Both the position numbers and the translations under genes were made by a program. The notes under the pieces are model-generated. The model saw nothing but the letters and a program-made list of their open reading frames with translations. It was not told the DNA's origin and did no database searches. 64,000 nucleotides of DNA, from the IMG/VR virus record IMGVR_UViG_3300020441_000003, positions 1 to 64,000 of that record. The stretch is one strand, 5' to 3'. Below, piece by piece: positions 18,213-28,968 of this stretch (within the stretch, counting starts at the first letter, position 1; the number at the start of each line of letters is the position of its first letter). The DNA comes from a virus (taxonomy: Duplodnaviria > Caudoviricetes).

Positions 18213-19586
18213 TTAACCTAATGGTTTTAGTTTACTTATTGCCTCAGAATATCTTGCAATATCAGATGATAGAACATTCTCTTCCTCGTTAGAGAACTCT
18301 CCTGTTCCTTCTTCTACTACAGTTTCTTCTGAGATAGTTTCACCATCAGTATTTGGGAAGTAAGCTTCTTTGAGTTCAGAGACCTTGTCTGCAAAGTCTT
18401 CTTCATTCATGAAGTCTACACCCTCTGATAATGATACCATTTTTTCCTGTTGTGATTCAGACAAGGTTGAACATGCCTCTCTCACTACATTTTGTCTGAT
18501 TAATGAATTATTCTGTTCAACTATTTCCATATTTTTATGAACTTCGTTGTCAAGTTTTTCTTCCATTTCATCAAGACGATTTGCGAGTTCATCAACAACA
18601 TTATACTTGTCTTCTGGAACATCAACATAATGTTCTACGAACAATGTTTTCAGTCCTTCAATGAAGTTTTCTGTCATTTCTGATCTCAAACCTCTTTCGA
18701 TTGCAAGTTCGTTTTCTTTCGTCCACTCTTCTGCACAATATGTAAGATATTTGTCAACTGCTTCCGCAAGGTCGCCTTTGACTTGACTTACTGAGGTTTT
18801 TAAATTTTCTTCGAAATCTTTTTCGAGTTGTTCTTTAAGTTCTGATACCTTTGAAGATACAGCTGCTTTAAAGATAGTTCTTGCTTTCTCTTGATTTTCT
18901 TCTGAAAGTTCTAGAGCCTCTGAGATTTTTTCTAGGTCGTCTTCTACTTCCATCTCTACAAGATCAGATTCAACTTCTGCTGACTCATCGACTTTTTCTT
19001 CATCGTCTTCGTCATCTTCTTCGTCTTCTGAATCTTCTTCTTCTTTAAGCTTCTTGTCTTCCATATCTTTCATGGATTTCATCTGCTCTTCTACTTCATC
19101 GTCTTCCTTCTTTTTCATAAGTTCTACGATGTTTCTTGCGATTTCAGCCTTGGTCAAGGATTCGTCAATCTCGTCATCCTTATGGCTCATTTCTTTATAC
19201 ATTGCCATAAGTTTTTCTTTGTCCATCCCTTTCATATTGTTGACCATAGCTTTGATCATTTCCATTTTTGAAGGCTTTTCATCTTCTGAATCTTCTTCTT
19301 CTGAAACTTTTTTCAATTTTGGTTGCGGTTCAGGTTTACTTTCACCTTTCTGTTGTGCATCACCAGAAACTTCTTTAGTTCCTTTTTCAGCACTTTTAAC
19401 AGATGCAACTGCTTTGTCAACAGGATTTTCTTCAGGTTTGACGACCTCACCTTTACCACTTTCAATTGAAGCGGCATCAGATGATCCTTGTTTTGGCTGA
19501 GATTTTGAATCCCCTTTATCAGCTTTAGAATCAGGTTGCATTGCCTCTTCTATTGCTTGTTCTAGGTTTTTTTCTAAGTCTGCCAT
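18213..19586 (-). CDS. gp22: Prohead core scaffold protein
   Basis: Acidic coiled coil; KARTIFKAAV, ELAIERGLRSEMTENF. Confidence 0.92.
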   Translation of the reverse strand: MADLEKNLEQAIEEAMQPDSKADKGDSKSQPKQGSSDAASIESGKGEVVKPEENPVDKAVASVKSAEKGTKEVSGDAQQKGESKPEPQPKLKKVSEEEDSEDEKPSKMEMIKAMVNNMKGMDKEKLMAMYKEMSHKDDEIDESLTKAEIARNIVELMKKKEDDEVEEQMKSMKDMEDKKLKEEEDSEDEEDDEDDEEKVDESAEVESDLVEMEVEDDLEKISEALELSEENQEKARTIFKAAVSSKVSELKEQLEKDFEENLKTSVSQVKGDLAEAVDKYLTYCAEEWTKENELAIERGLRSEMTENFIEGLKTLFVEHYVDVPEDKYNVVDELANRLDEMEEKLDNEVHKNMEIVEQNNSLIRQNVVREACSTLSESQQEKMVSLSEGVDFMNEEDFADKVSELKEAYFPNTDGETISEETVVEEGTGEFSNEEENVLSSDIARYSEAISKLKPLG

Positions 19587-19620
19587 TTTTTTCTCCTGTT
19601 AAGTTTTAAGCTAACTCTTT

Positions 19621-19628
19621 TATTTATA
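19621..19628 (-). promoter_or_regulatory. T4-type late promoter (gp22/gp23)
   Basis: TATAAATA. Confidence 0.75.
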
Positions 19629-19630
19629 TG

Positions 19631-20284
19631 TTATAAGTTCTCAACAAACTTTTTCCATACATTTAATTTAACTTCCTCTAGTTTGTTTAGTTTTGCCGTG
19701 CGTAATTCATTACGCATTTTTTCAACTTCTACTGCTTTGAGGATATTATTTTCATATACCCATTCGACTCCTTCCATGATTCCTTCTACGAAGGCCTCTG
19801 GAGCACTAGGGTCTGCAACTATATCAGCGGCTGTTGCCAACTGAAAGTCGCCTTTAACATATTGAGCACCATTCTTTTGTTCTAGTGAACCTAGACCACG
19901 AGAAGATACTCCTAGTTTAGCACCATCATTAATAAGATTTTTTACAATCTCTCCGTTTGGTGTTGATAAAATTTTTGCTCTCCCCATAAAATTATTACCA
20001 TCTTGTTCTAATTTGGTAATCATGTGAGATACTTTGTCTAAATTGATTGTTGGACCCTCTGGATGTCCTAATTCTCCGAAAGCACGATCTTTTTCTACAA
20101 ACTCTTTGACATATCGATTTACTTCTTTTTTCATTATTTCTTTCGGATATACACGACCGTTTCTGTTTTTAATCTCGGCCTGCATGAAAGGTCCTTCGAT
20201 GAAGTATTCTTTTACGCCTTTATCGTTTTGTTCAACAATAACAGGTTCTACTGCATAGTCTACAAATTCAGATATTAATTTCAT
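19631..20284 (-). CDS. gp21: Prohead protease
   Basis: NRNGRVYP, GELGHP, GVSSRGLGS, DIVADPSAPEAFV. Confidence 0.96.
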   Translation of the reverse strand: MKLISEFVDYAVEPVIVEQNDKGVKEYFIEGPFMQAEIKNRNGRVYPKEIMKKEVNRYVKEFVEKDRAFGELGHPEGPTINLDKVSHMITKLEQDGNNFMGRAKILSTPNGEIVKNLINDGAKLGVSSRGLGSLEQKNGAQYVKGDFQLATAADIVADPSAPEAFVEGIMEGVEWVYENNILKAVEVEKMRNELRTAKLNKLEEVKLNVWKKFVENL

Positions 20285-20576
20285 TTATTACTCCTAATAT
20301 TTCTTCCTTTGAGATGTTCTCTTCACCCATTTGTTTGATTACATTCTTTATATTCTTCATCTCTTTTTCTGCTTTCTTCATGTTAATGTATGGGTCACCC
20401 ATACTTAAACCATCGATATACACATGAATTTTGCCTCGTTTATCTTCACCGAAGCGTATATCAACTGTTCGACCACCTACTTTTTCAGTGGTCTTTTTGA
20501 CTTCTTTCTGATCACGAGGAAGTTTAAACTTTGCCTCATTAAGAGTCTTCGTTATTTCTTTCCAAGTTTTCTTCAT
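20268..20576 (-). CDS. Small prohead-associated protein (gp68 position)
   Basis: Between gp20 and gp21; overlaps neighbours. Confidence 0.6.
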   Translation of the reverse strand: MKKTWKEITKTLNEAKFKLPRDQKEVKKTTEKVGGRTVDIRFGEDKRGKIHVYIDGLSMGDPYINMKKAEKEMKNIKNVIKQMGEENISKEEILGVINEINI

Positions 20577-20721
20577 TCGCCCAATCTACTGACATTTCAA
20601 CTCTTTTCATGTCTACTATTTCAGCAGCCTTTTGTTTTATGCCTTGATTTATACTATCTTTGGCATCTTGTAGTTTACCAGATTCAATCTGGTCTACTAT
20701 GTCTTTACTTATATCTGACAT
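20539..20721 (-). CDS. Small prohead core protein (gp67 position)
   Basis: 60-aa helical ORF coupled to the gp20 stop. Confidence 0.6.
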   Translation of the reverse strand: MSDISKDIVDQIESGKLQDAKDSINQGIKQKAAEIVDMKRVEMSVDWANEENLERNNEDS

Positions 20722-22250
20722 TAGAATTCATCTCCTTCATCTTCTTCTCCACCGCCCTCGTTTTCGATTTGTGCCATTATATTATTGATTTCATCATCAC
20801 TCATATGTAGCACATTTCTGAAAACATATTCTTTAGAGAAGTATGTTCCAACATAAGACTCCGCTTGTGAGAGTAGGTCAAACCTTTCTCTGATAATCTC
20901 TCCTTCTTTTAATTCGCTGAAGTGATTATCTGTCGCAAAATCATAATGTATAAAGTCCTTAAATGCATCAAACTCTTCACCAGAGACGATGTTTTTAAGA
21001 ACTAATTGTGTTCTTAAAATATCTGTAAATACCTTAGAGAACTTTGTTTGAAGTCTCTTGATAAACTTATTAAATTTAAGTTCATCTCTAGATATTTCAG
21101 ATGCCCTACCCATATTAAAACCATTATCTGCTTCTAATCTTGAACTAGGCACATTGAGAGAACGATATAGTTTCTTCTTAAAGTATTCTATATCTTCTAT
21201 CTCTGCAAGATTCTGACCACCTGGAAGAGTTGTAATCTCTGTTCCTCGACCACCCTCTCTTCGTGGTAACCAAAAATCTTCTAACATAGACATATGGCGT
21301 CTATCATCTTTGATTTCGCCTGTGTCTGCGTTATAAACAAGTTTATTTCTATACTTGTTCATGACATCGGCAAGATATTGTTCTGCCTTTGCCTTTGGTA
21401 AGTTACCTACATCAATATAGAAGATTCTTCTTTCTGGTGCTCTAGATATTCTGTAGATCACCAGTGCATCTTCCATCATTGATAACTGATTTGCAGTCTT
21501 CAATGCTTTATGCAAATAACCTATGACTACATTTTTTGTGTAGTCTAACATACCAGAAGTAGTATAACTAATAGCTTCTGGCGCTATCTTGGCAGATTGT
21601 CCTTCATTGGCACTGCCTTTTAAGAAACCTTTATCATTGAAGACATAAAATTCTTCAATTTTCTTTATTATGTCAATATTTGTTTTCTTGTCTTTATCCT
21701 TTTCAACATTTCTGACCTTTTTAATTTTCATAGGGTCAATGTTTCTAAGGTCGACTAAACCTTGTTGTGGTCTACTGCTGTCTACGATTTTATGGAAGTA
21801 GATTCTTCCGTCTACATACCATTTTCTGAATAGTTCATGTGCGTTTTGATGAAACTTCATCAAAGAAAGGATAGTTTTGAATTCGTCATGCATCTTCTCT
21901 TTGATGCTGTCTGACAATTCGATGTCTGCTAAATCAAGTGAGACAATCCTATCCTTAGTATCTGAAACTATACACTCATTTACTATATCATCGATAGCAA
22001 TATCACACTCAGGTACTAAAGATGTTTCACGGTATCTTTGAATAAGTTGAACCTCATTCTTGATACCGCCTTCCATATCAACATAGGAACCATATGCTCC
22101 ACCTGATATGAATCCGCCTGGCGATTGTTGAATAATGGGAGTTCCATCATCCTCTACAGGCGCTACAAAAGAAGTCGCTGACTTCTTCTGCACATCTTTT
22201 ACTCGTAATTCTTCTTTTTTACGAGTTATTTCAAACCCAAAAATTTCCAT
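20721..22250 (-). CDS. gp20: Portal protein
   Basis: WYVDGRIYFHK, RAPERRIFYIDVGNLPK, EDFWLPRREGGRGTEITTLPGG. Confidence 0.98.
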   Translation of the reverse strand: MEIFGFEITRKKEELRVKDVQKKSATSFVAPVEDDGTPIIQQSPGGFISGGAYGSYVDMEGGIKNEVQLIQRYRETSLVPECDIAIDDIVNECIVSDTKDRIVSLDLADIELSDSIKEKMHDEFKTILSLMKFHQNAHELFRKWYVDGRIYFHKIVDSSRPQQGLVDLRNIDPMKIKKVRNVEKDKDKKTNIDIIKKIEEFYVFNDKGFLKGSANEGQSAKIAPEAISYTTSGMLDYTKNVVIGYLHKALKTANQLSMMEDALVIYRISRAPERRIFYIDVGNLPKAKAEQYLADVMNKYRNKLVYNADTGEIKDDRRHMSMLEDFWLPRREGGRGTEITTLPGGQNLAEIEDIEYFKKKLYRSLNVPSSRLEADNGFNMGRASEISRDELKFNKFIKRLQTKFSKVFTDILRTQLVLKNIVSGEEFDAFKDFIHYDFATDNHFSELKEGEIIRERFDLLSQAESYVGTYFSKEYVFRNVLHMSDDEINNIMAQIENEGGGEEDEGDEF

Positions 22251-22255
22251 AATAA

Positions 22256-22263
22256 TATTTATA
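22256..22263 (-). promoter_or_regulatory. T4-type late promoter (gp20)
   Basis: TATAAATA-N5-ATG. Confidence 0.75.
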
Positions 22264-22292
22264 ACACCCTAAATGGGGTGCTATTCACTTTT

Positions 22293-22790
22293 TTAAACGA
22301 CTCTGTTCCAGTGTGAGTATTGGAATTCAACATCAAATGTCTCCAATGCATCGACTGTCTCGTAAGATAAGTCAATCGCACCAATACTGGTCGGAAACAT
22401 GTTAAAGAATTCGTATCTCGCAAGAACGGTATCGTCTTTGTTTAATTGTTCGACAAATGCTCTGTCTACTAAGTAGTCTAATGATGTGATACCCTCTCCA
22501 GAATCTAGTTCTTGAATATCTGTTTGCCATGCTTCTAAAGCACTTCTGCTTGAGAATTCTACATCATTAATGATTGTCACTGTCCAAGGTTCAAAGGTTC
22601 TGTCTCCTGCTAATTTAAGAGTATGTCCTCTGAACTGTTGTTCTACAACACCTACGGTAGCAGCTGGTATTTGCGCTGACTGACATAAGAATTCAATCTT
22701 GTTGCCAGACCTTGGTATAAAAACTCTGAAACGGTTTGCTCTTGGGCCACCGCCGAGTAATTGTGCTTTAAATTGGTCTATACTTGCCAT
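22293..22790 (-). CDS. gp19: Tail tube protein
   Basis: GGPRANRFRV, AGDRTFEPWTVTIIND, FPTSIGAIDLSY. Confidence 0.95.
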   Translation of the reverse strand: MASIDQFKAQLLGGGPRANRFRVFIPRSGNKIEFLCQSAQIPAATVGVVEQQFRGHTLKLAGDRTFEPWTVTIINDVEFSSRSALEAWQTDIQELDSGEGITSLDYLVDRAFVEQLNKDDTVLARYEFFNMFPTSIGAIDLSYETVDALETFDVEFQYSHWNRVV

Positions 22791-22803
22791 TGTGCTTTAC
22801 TCC

Positions 22804-24798
22804 TTAAACTGCTCCGTATATTTCGTCAAACTCTACGCCACTTCTAGTTGCGACAAAGTTCAGTGTTATAAAGTTAATTGATCTTGCAGGTTTCACAAAG
22901 ATAGAACATACAAATTCGTTTCTATCTATGACTGAATCAGTGTTGTTTGTTTCGTCACAAACTACTGAGAAATCTATAAGACCTCTTCTATTTTTTACAT
23001 CTCTTAGGAAAGGTTCTACAGCAGCTCTAAATTGTGCTCTTGTGAATGCATCGTTGTATTCAAAGAGTTGTGCTTTAGCGGCTGTTGATATTGCTTTCTC
23101 TAAGACAATGAATAATCTTCTTACATTTATTCTATCAAATGCACTTGGTGAAGTCAATCCAGTTTTGTCACCGAATAAGACGGTGCCTTGACCTGGGAAA
23201 GTCACTATTGGATTGATTCTTGCACGATATAAATCATCTCTAGATGCTTTCTTAGGGTTGAAAGCTAACTTAGTTATTCCTAGATATTGACCTCTACTGA
23301 AACCAGCAGGTGAGAACCATGGGTCTTGAAGTAAATCACTTCTCGCCATGATACCAGCTGTATGTGCGTTTCCTGGAATATAACAATATTTGTCATTGTA
23401 TTTTTCGTATTGATATGTCCAACCACTGTCAATCACTAAGTATGAACTTGATGTGACTGAAGCAAAGTCGGATATAACATTACTTGATTGTGTTGATTCA
23501 GATGATACACCTACTACTGATGCTCTTCTAGGTGATGCAACTACTAACATATCTTTTCTTGCCTCTGCAATAACTACTGCGTTATTGACTAGACTATTGT
23601 GATCTGCGAGTAAGTCTTGTTCTGTTCCTGAACCATTGTCTGTTCTTGTTGAACCTACTATCAAGAAGGAAGCATTAAACAATTCGTTATCTTGAAAATG
23701 TTTTTGCCAAGCAGCTATTTTTTGTGATGCTGTTGGTTGTCTTCCGTTTTGTCCGCCTGATAGGGAACTGTTCTCTGGTAATGATGGTCTACTAAATGCT
23801 GAACTTACTGCTTGTGCAAGTGTTCTGTTTTCTGTTGCACTTGACAACATAGTTGTAGCGTGACCTGACCAGTATATATAATTTGATTCTCTTTCGATTA
23901 CATCTTTATAGTAATTACTATTACCAACGCTGTCTTTAGCATCTGAAGCTAATGATACGAAACCGAATGTTTCTAGAACCTCATTTTTTGTTCCTGTTAT
24001 AAGTCCATCTTCGTCTTGAACAACAATATGTATTTCATCATTTGATGCGCCAGCTGCTGTAGCAACTGCTGAAGTTCCTGGTGCCTTATCAAATAATTGG
24101 AAATGTTCCCAATTTCTATCTACTTGTTCGTTATCAACAACTGCTGTTGTCAAACCAGTTCCTGCTGGTTCTCCGAGTGCCTCGATTGATAATGTGTTAG
24201 TAGATATATTTGTCACTCTGTATAGAGTGCTATGGTTTTGGAACTTAATGATGTCTCTAACTAAGTAAGCGTTACCAGCGTCAACTGTCACAGTTGTTGA
24301 ACCAACTGCGTGACCTGAACCGTTATTAATTAGATTTACATTGTCATTGAAGTATGCGTTTGAAGATGCACAAACAGAAACTTTAAGTGAGTTTCCTAAT
24401 GCGCCGGCATATCTTGATACAAACTTACCAACTGTGCCTGCTTGAGCACCGCCTTTGTATGTATTGACATAATCATCTGCGTTTTTTAGTAAAGAGGATG
24501 AGTTACCGCCTGCGTTTGCACTGAATAAGTTAGTTGTAGCTATTCTAACAACACTTAAACTAGAGCCATATCTCAAAAAAGATTCTGCTGAATAGAAGTC
24601 TTCTGCACCAGCGTCTGAATTAGCTGGTTGGTAAAACTCATCAACTAGCCCTTGACCGTCTGAAACTGTTTTTACTTCATCAACAGGTCCCCATTGAAAT
24701 ACACCAGCAAATGCGCCTCGTGTAGAGGAAACTGCTGGAACAACATTCGATAAGTCAATCTCCTTGACCTGAACGCCTGGTGAAACTTGAAATGCCAT
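22804..24798 (-). CDS. gp18: Tail sheath protein
   Basis: SPGVQVKEIDL, PWFSPAG, FDRINVRRLF, IFVKPARSINFITLNF. Confidence 0.97.
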   Translation of the reverse strand: MAFQVSPGVQVKEIDLSNVVPAVSSTRGAFAGVFQWGPVDEVKTVSDGQGLVDEFYQPANSDAGAEDFYSAESFLRYGSSLSVVRIATTNLFSANAGGNSSSLLKNADDYVNTYKGGAQAGTVGKFVSRYAGALGNSLKVSVCASSNAYFNDNVNLINNGSGHAVGSTTVTVDAGNAYLVRDIIKFQNHSTLYRVTNISTNTLSIEALGEPAGTGLTTAVVDNEQVDRNWEHFQLFDKAPGTSAVATAAGASNDEIHIVVQDEDGLITGTKNEVLETFGFVSLASDAKDSVGNSNYYKDVIERESNYIYWSGHATTMLSSATENRTLAQAVSSAFSRPSLPENSSLSGGQNGRQPTASQKIAAWQKHFQDNELFNASFLIVGSTRTDNGSGTEQDLLADHNSLVNNAVVIAEARKDMLVVASPRRASVVGVSSESTQSSNVISDFASVTSSSYLVIDSGWTYQYEKYNDKYCYIPGNAHTAGIMARSDLLQDPWFSPAGFSRGQYLGITKLAFNPKKASRDDLYRARINPIVTFPGQGTVLFGDKTGLTSPSAFDRINVRRLFIVLEKAISTAAKAQLFEYNDAFTRAQFRAAVEPFLRDVKNRRGLIDFSVVCDETNNTDSVIDRNEFVCSIFVKPARSINFITLNFVATRSGVEFDEIYGAV

Positions 24799-24834
24799 GT
24801 TTTTCTCCTGTTAATGTAAAATTGTTTACACTTT

Positions 24835-24842
24835 TATTTATA
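24835..24842 (-). promoter_or_regulatory. T4-type late promoter (gp18)
   Basis: TATAAATA upstream of an AGGAG RBS. Confidence 0.75.
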
Positions 24843-24849
24843 TTATTAT

Positions 24850-26439
24850 TTAGTCTAACAGTGATTTAGAGAACCATCTATCTCCGTCTTTATCGACAAA
24901 AGATTCATTCCCCTCTTGTTGACCAAATATACCTGCTGGTAACATATCGTCTTCGATCATCTTTTGTTGTTCTGCATACAACAAATCTTTAACAGCAGTA
25001 TCCGTTAAGTTTGTAAAGTAGTCTGTTGTGACAAACCATGAAAAAAGAACACAATTCATTACCATGTCATCATGATAACCTCTATCTGCCTCAAATGAAT
25101 TACCTTTATTTACAAAAGTCATCATCTCAGTAATAGTCGGTCTATCTATAACAGCTAATCTGTTTTCTTCCATTAGTTCTTTTAAAGTCGAACAACCTAC
25201 TCTTTTTATTTTTCTACTCATAGTTATACCGATATCTGTTGATTTCGTCATACCTTGCACGAAAACATTTGGATATTCGATATCATAATGTAATTGTGTT
25301 GCAACCATAGAACCCTCTGCATTGTTTTCTATTATGACTAATGATTCATTATATGGTTTACAATACTTATTTATTAAATCTGGAAAGAGCATAGGCGATA
25401 TCATGTTATCTCTGAATGTGCAAACCTGTTTAAAGGGTTTAGAAGTCACATCGAAGATACTAAAAGTAGAATAGTCTATACCTCTTCCTTGTGATACATC
25501 GACTGTGGTGATGTATGTGTGACCTGTTATAGGTCTTTCATATACATTTACATTATCTTTTCGCCAATCGGGGTCTATCGCCCTTAAACCTAATAATGTA
25601 TCTGCATTGATAAGAGTATTACCAGTTCCTAAGAAACTATTACCATACTCTTGTTCAAACTGTGCATCTGATGTATTTGCAATGGTCATCTTCTTCCATT
25701 CTTCATCTCGACCTGGCACATCAAACCAGTTGATTAGAAAACTTTTATACTCTGAGTTACCATGCACTGCGCTTTCATATATCTTATGAAACATATTACC
25801 CACACCATTTGCAGTAGATGTTATAATAACTTTAGAATCTTTACCTGATGTGATTACAGGATATGTTGCAGTATAAAATGTTTCTGCATCTTCTACGAAT
25901 GCAAACTCATCAAGATATAACATGTTGATTGACATACCACGAATCGAACTTGATGATGTAGCGGCCGCCACAAGTTTACTATCATTACCAAACTCTATAT
26001 TACCTTTATTCAGTATCTTTACGCCTGGTTGTAAGAAGAATGGAACGGTTTCCAACATGGTTACAATACGAGATACCATCTCTCTAGCAATCGCACCTTT
26101 GTTCGCCAGAATCGCAACGGTGACTTCTGGTGTGAATAGGAGATACCATAGTAGATATGCACAAGATGTTATTGATTTACCAGACTGGCGAGCAGCTAAT
26201 ACTACACTAAATCTATTATCGTTAAAATGATTGATTAATTTCTCTTGATATCCTCGAAGATTAAAAGGCACAAGTCCTTCATCTAGAGATATAATCTGAG
26301 TATATTTTTCTATAAAATGTGTAGGGTCACTAGAACACTTTTGATATTCTGCAATCTGTTCTTCGGTGTATTGTGTTTCTACACCTGCTCTTTTGATTAG
26401 ATTATTACCTAGATAACCCTCATTTTTTGGTTGAACCAT
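24850..26439 (-). CDS. gp17: Terminase large subunit
   Basis: ARQSGKS, LYLDEFAF, STANG, RNase H-like DVSQGRGIDYS, HDDMVM. Confidence 0.97.
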   Translation of the reverse strand: MVQPKNEGYLGNNLIKRAGVETQYTEEQIAEYQKCSSDPTHFIEKYTQIISLDEGLVPFNLRGYQEKLINHFNDNRFSVVLAARQSGKSITSCAYLLWYLLFTPEVTVAILANKGAIAREMVSRIVTMLETVPFFLQPGVKILNKGNIEFGNDSKLVAAATSSSSIRGMSINMLYLDEFAFVEDAETFYTATYPVITSGKDSKVIITSTANGVGNMFHKIYESAVHGNSEYKSFLINWFDVPGRDEEWKKMTIANTSDAQFEQEYGNSFLGTGNTLINADTLLGLRAIDPDWRKDNVNVYERPITGHTYITTVDVSQGRGIDYSTFSIFDVTSKPFKQVCTFRDNMISPMLFPDLINKYCKPYNESLVIIENNAEGSMVATQLHYDIEYPNVFVQGMTKSTDIGITMSRKIKRVGCSTLKELMEENRLAVIDRPTITEMMTFVNKGNSFEADRGYHDDMVMNCVLFSWFVTTDYFTNLTDTAVKDLLYAEQQKMIEDDMLPAGIFGQQEGNESFVDKDGDRWFSKSLLD

Positions 26440-26441
26440 AT

Positions 26442-26837
26442 TTAATCTTTATTCTTTTTGAGAAACTTCTGCAACTCTGATGTTGAACCCACATATAAGT
26501 GGTTATGTTGTGTGCCTACTTTTTGTTCTTCATCTTCTAGTTTTTTTAATTTACTTTGTAAGTCAATAAGTTTCTCTGCTGTTTCTCCTACAGTTTTAAT
26601 TAATTGACCTGCAACTTCGTAAGCTCTAGGGTGTTCTGTTTCTTTTGATAACTGTAAAATACCATCGATTGCATCTTGACCTCTTTCTACTAAACCATAG
26701 AGATTTTCTCTTGCATATCTATAATCAGTTTCAATATTTTCTGATCTTTCAGGAACTTTTACTATTTCTGTTTTTTTCTTAATATCAGATTCGATATTTA
26801 GTATATCATCTAATTGTTGATCTATTTCTTTTGCCAT
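26442..26837 (-). CDS. gp16: Terminase small subunit
   Basis: DYRYARENLY, HPRAYEVAGQLIK, VGSTSELQK. Confidence 0.92.
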   Translation of the reverse strand: MAKEIDQQLDDILNIESDIKKKTEIVKVPERSENIETDYRYARENLYGLVERGQDAIDGILQLSKETEHPRAYEVAGQLIKTVGETAEKLIDLQSKLKKLEDEEQKVGTQHNHLYVGSTSELQKFLKKNKD

Positions 26838-26839
26838 AA

Positions 26840-27895
26840 TTAACTTGCATCTTCGGTCTGATTCTCACTAAATGTATCTTCAGCACCATCATCGTAAAAT
26901 TTCACATTCTCTGCAACTACAAATGTATCTGTTGGGTCAACAGAACCTACAAACTTCAATGTAGTATTTGCAGGTATTGTTATTGCACTACTTACTACAA
27001 TAGACAATTTATTACTAGCTATACTAGAGATAGTCGGATTCGTTGTTAAGTTTGTTCCGAACACTTCGTTGCCTACTGCTATCTTAGTATTTATTGCAGT
27101 ATCAAAAGTAACCGTGGTCGAACTAGATACTGCATTTGCAACTTCACCAAATGCAGGTTCGTAATGTTTTACTTCTTTAATTAGACCTGAACTATTGATT
27201 TGTGTTGTCGTAAATCCTGGGTCTGTTGTAAATTCTCCACTTGGTATGTAAGTTCTTTCGATAACATTCTTAATCATTCTGCCAGTGTAAATAGGTCCGA
27301 AGAAGTATGTTTTCATTTGAAAATCAAGAGTATATTCTATAATTCTTCTATCTTCAAAACTGCCCTCATATTCATCTGAGAAAGATACACCATTTAAAAC
27401 TATAGGCACATCTCTGTTATCGGGTATGCCATCAACCATTTTCATTGTGACTGTATATTCTGGTTGAAAATATGGTATAATTTGTTCTACTATTTGCAAT
27501 GCTTCATTCATATTTTTTGCAAGAATAGAAAGTGTAAAGTTTAAATTATATGGCGCAGGTGCGTATTGAAACCCTCTTTTACCATCTGATTCATATTGAT
27601 TCTTGACTGATCTGATTAATTTATTTTGTTGTCTCTGTGCATCGTATTCAAAACCTGTAAGTTCAAATGCCATACGAGGCAGTGTAATCGCACTTCTATT
27701 TCTATCTGATAGATTAGGTTCTTCTGCAAGTCTATCTAAAAACTTTTGTTTAGGGCCATAGGATATAGGAACTCTAAATTGAGACAATACGGTGCCATCA
27801 GATTTAACTTTTTTTACATCCACATTATTAAACATTGTGCCAAAAACAGACACACATCGTTTAATAGTTTCATTATAGAAATATGTTCCAAACAT
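26840..27895 (-). CDS. gp15: Tail sheath stabiliser / terminator
   Basis: VPISYGPKQKFL, LPRMAFE, EQIIPYFQP, YEGSFEDRR. Confidence 0.93.
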   Translation of the reverse strand: MFGTYFYNETIKRCVSVFGTMFNNVDVKKVKSDGTVLSQFRVPISYGPKQKFLDRLAEEPNLSDRNRSAITLPRMAFELTGFEYDAQRQQNKLIRSVKNQYESDGKRGFQYAPAPYNLNFTLSILAKNMNEALQIVEQIIPYFQPEYTVTMKMVDGIPDNRDVPIVLNGVSFSDEYEGSFEDRRIIEYTLDFQMKTYFFGPIYTGRMIKNVIERTYIPSGEFTTDPGFTTTQINSSGLIKEVKHYEPAFGEVANAVSSSTTVTFDTAINTKIAVGNEVFGTNLTTNPTISSIASNKLSIVVSSAITIPANTTLKFVGSVDPTDTFVVAENVKFYDDGAEDTFSENQTEDAS

Positions 27896-28110
27896 TATGC
27901 GTTCTCTTCGATATACTCTTTTATTTTGCCAACTGTATCTAGACTCTCTGCATCTTCATCTGGTATTTGTATATCAAATTGATTTTCAAATTCCATTATT
28001 AATTCTACAGTATGCAAAGAATCTGCACCTAAGTCATCTATAATATGTTTATCATCTGTCACTTCTGACAAATCAAGACCTAAATGGTCTGCAATTATTT
28101 TCTCTATCAT
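27895..28110 (-). CDS. acpP: Acyl carrier protein
   Basis: DDLGADSL phosphopantetheine site, FDIQIPDEDAE, acidic 71 aa. Confidence 0.92.
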   Translation of the reverse strand: MIEKIIADHLGLDLSEVTDDKHIIDDLGADSLHTVELIMEFENQFDIQIPDEDAESLDTVGKIKEYIEENA

Positions 28111-28964
28111 TATGGTTCTCCAAATGGATTTACTTCACTCAGATCAAGATAATTAGAATCTTGGTCTTCAAAGTCTTTGTTTTGAGCAGATGCATCATTA
28201 CTAAACACCATTCTATCATCAATAGAGTTTATAGTATATTGTGCTGTTGATGTGGCACCCACTAACACATCAGTTGTTGCAAGTGTCGTAGTGACATCTT
28301 TAATTGTAAGTTTACTTGTAATATTATTCCACGCAACAACTTCACCAACAACAGTTCCACTCTTAGTTATATTTTCATTCACAACATAATTTTGACCGTT
28401 ACCACTAGCCATTGTCATAACAGTTGTATATGCTTGTTCATCTTCGATAAGATCGATATCACCGATACCTGTATCAAAGTCTTCTTGACTGTATTCAAAC
28501 AATTCACATTGTAATTTAAACACAAATAGTTTACCCACTTGATAAAATGGGTCTTCATGTTCTACGAATTTGATTTCAAACATAGAACCTGATAATGGGA
28601 AGTAAATTAAATCTCCTTCATTAGGTCTGAATGATGTTGCAAGATTATCATCTAAAGATATGAATCTTTCCCATGTTCTTAATGATATGATAAATGTCGC
28701 TTGGTCTCTGATTTGAACACCAAACTTAGACATGAGATCACCCTCACCCTCGAAACCATCGGTGTTCTCAATATACATTTCAACTTGATAAGAATCACCA
28801 AATTTAGATTGCACATCTTCATTTAAGATTGAATCTTCTTCGATTACTTCTCTAGGCAGATAAAAGACATTATGCCCATACATGCGTAGGGCTTCAACAA
28901 CTAAATCTTCGTATAGATGTTGTTCTGTCTGGACTGCATGATTAAAAAATACATTTGTTGGCAT
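28110..28964 (-). CDS. gp14: Neck protein
   Basis: YLPRE, RPNEGDLIYFP, CELFEYSQE, EVNPFGEP. Confidence 0.93.
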   Translation of the reverse strand: MPTNVFFNHAVQTEQHLYEDLVVEALRMYGHNVFYLPREVIEEDSILNEDVQSKFGDSYQVEMYIENTDGFEGEGDLMSKFGVQIRDQATFIISLRTWERFISLDDNLATSFRPNEGDLIYFPLSGSMFEIKFVEHEDPFYQVGKLFVFKLQCELFEYSQEDFDTGIGDIDLIEDEQAYTTVMTMASGNGQNYVVNENITKSGTVVGEVVAWNNITSKLTIKDVTTTLATTDVLVGATSTAQYTINSIDDRMVFSNDASAQNKDFEDQDSNYLDLSEVNPFGEP

Positions 28965-28968
28965 ATCA

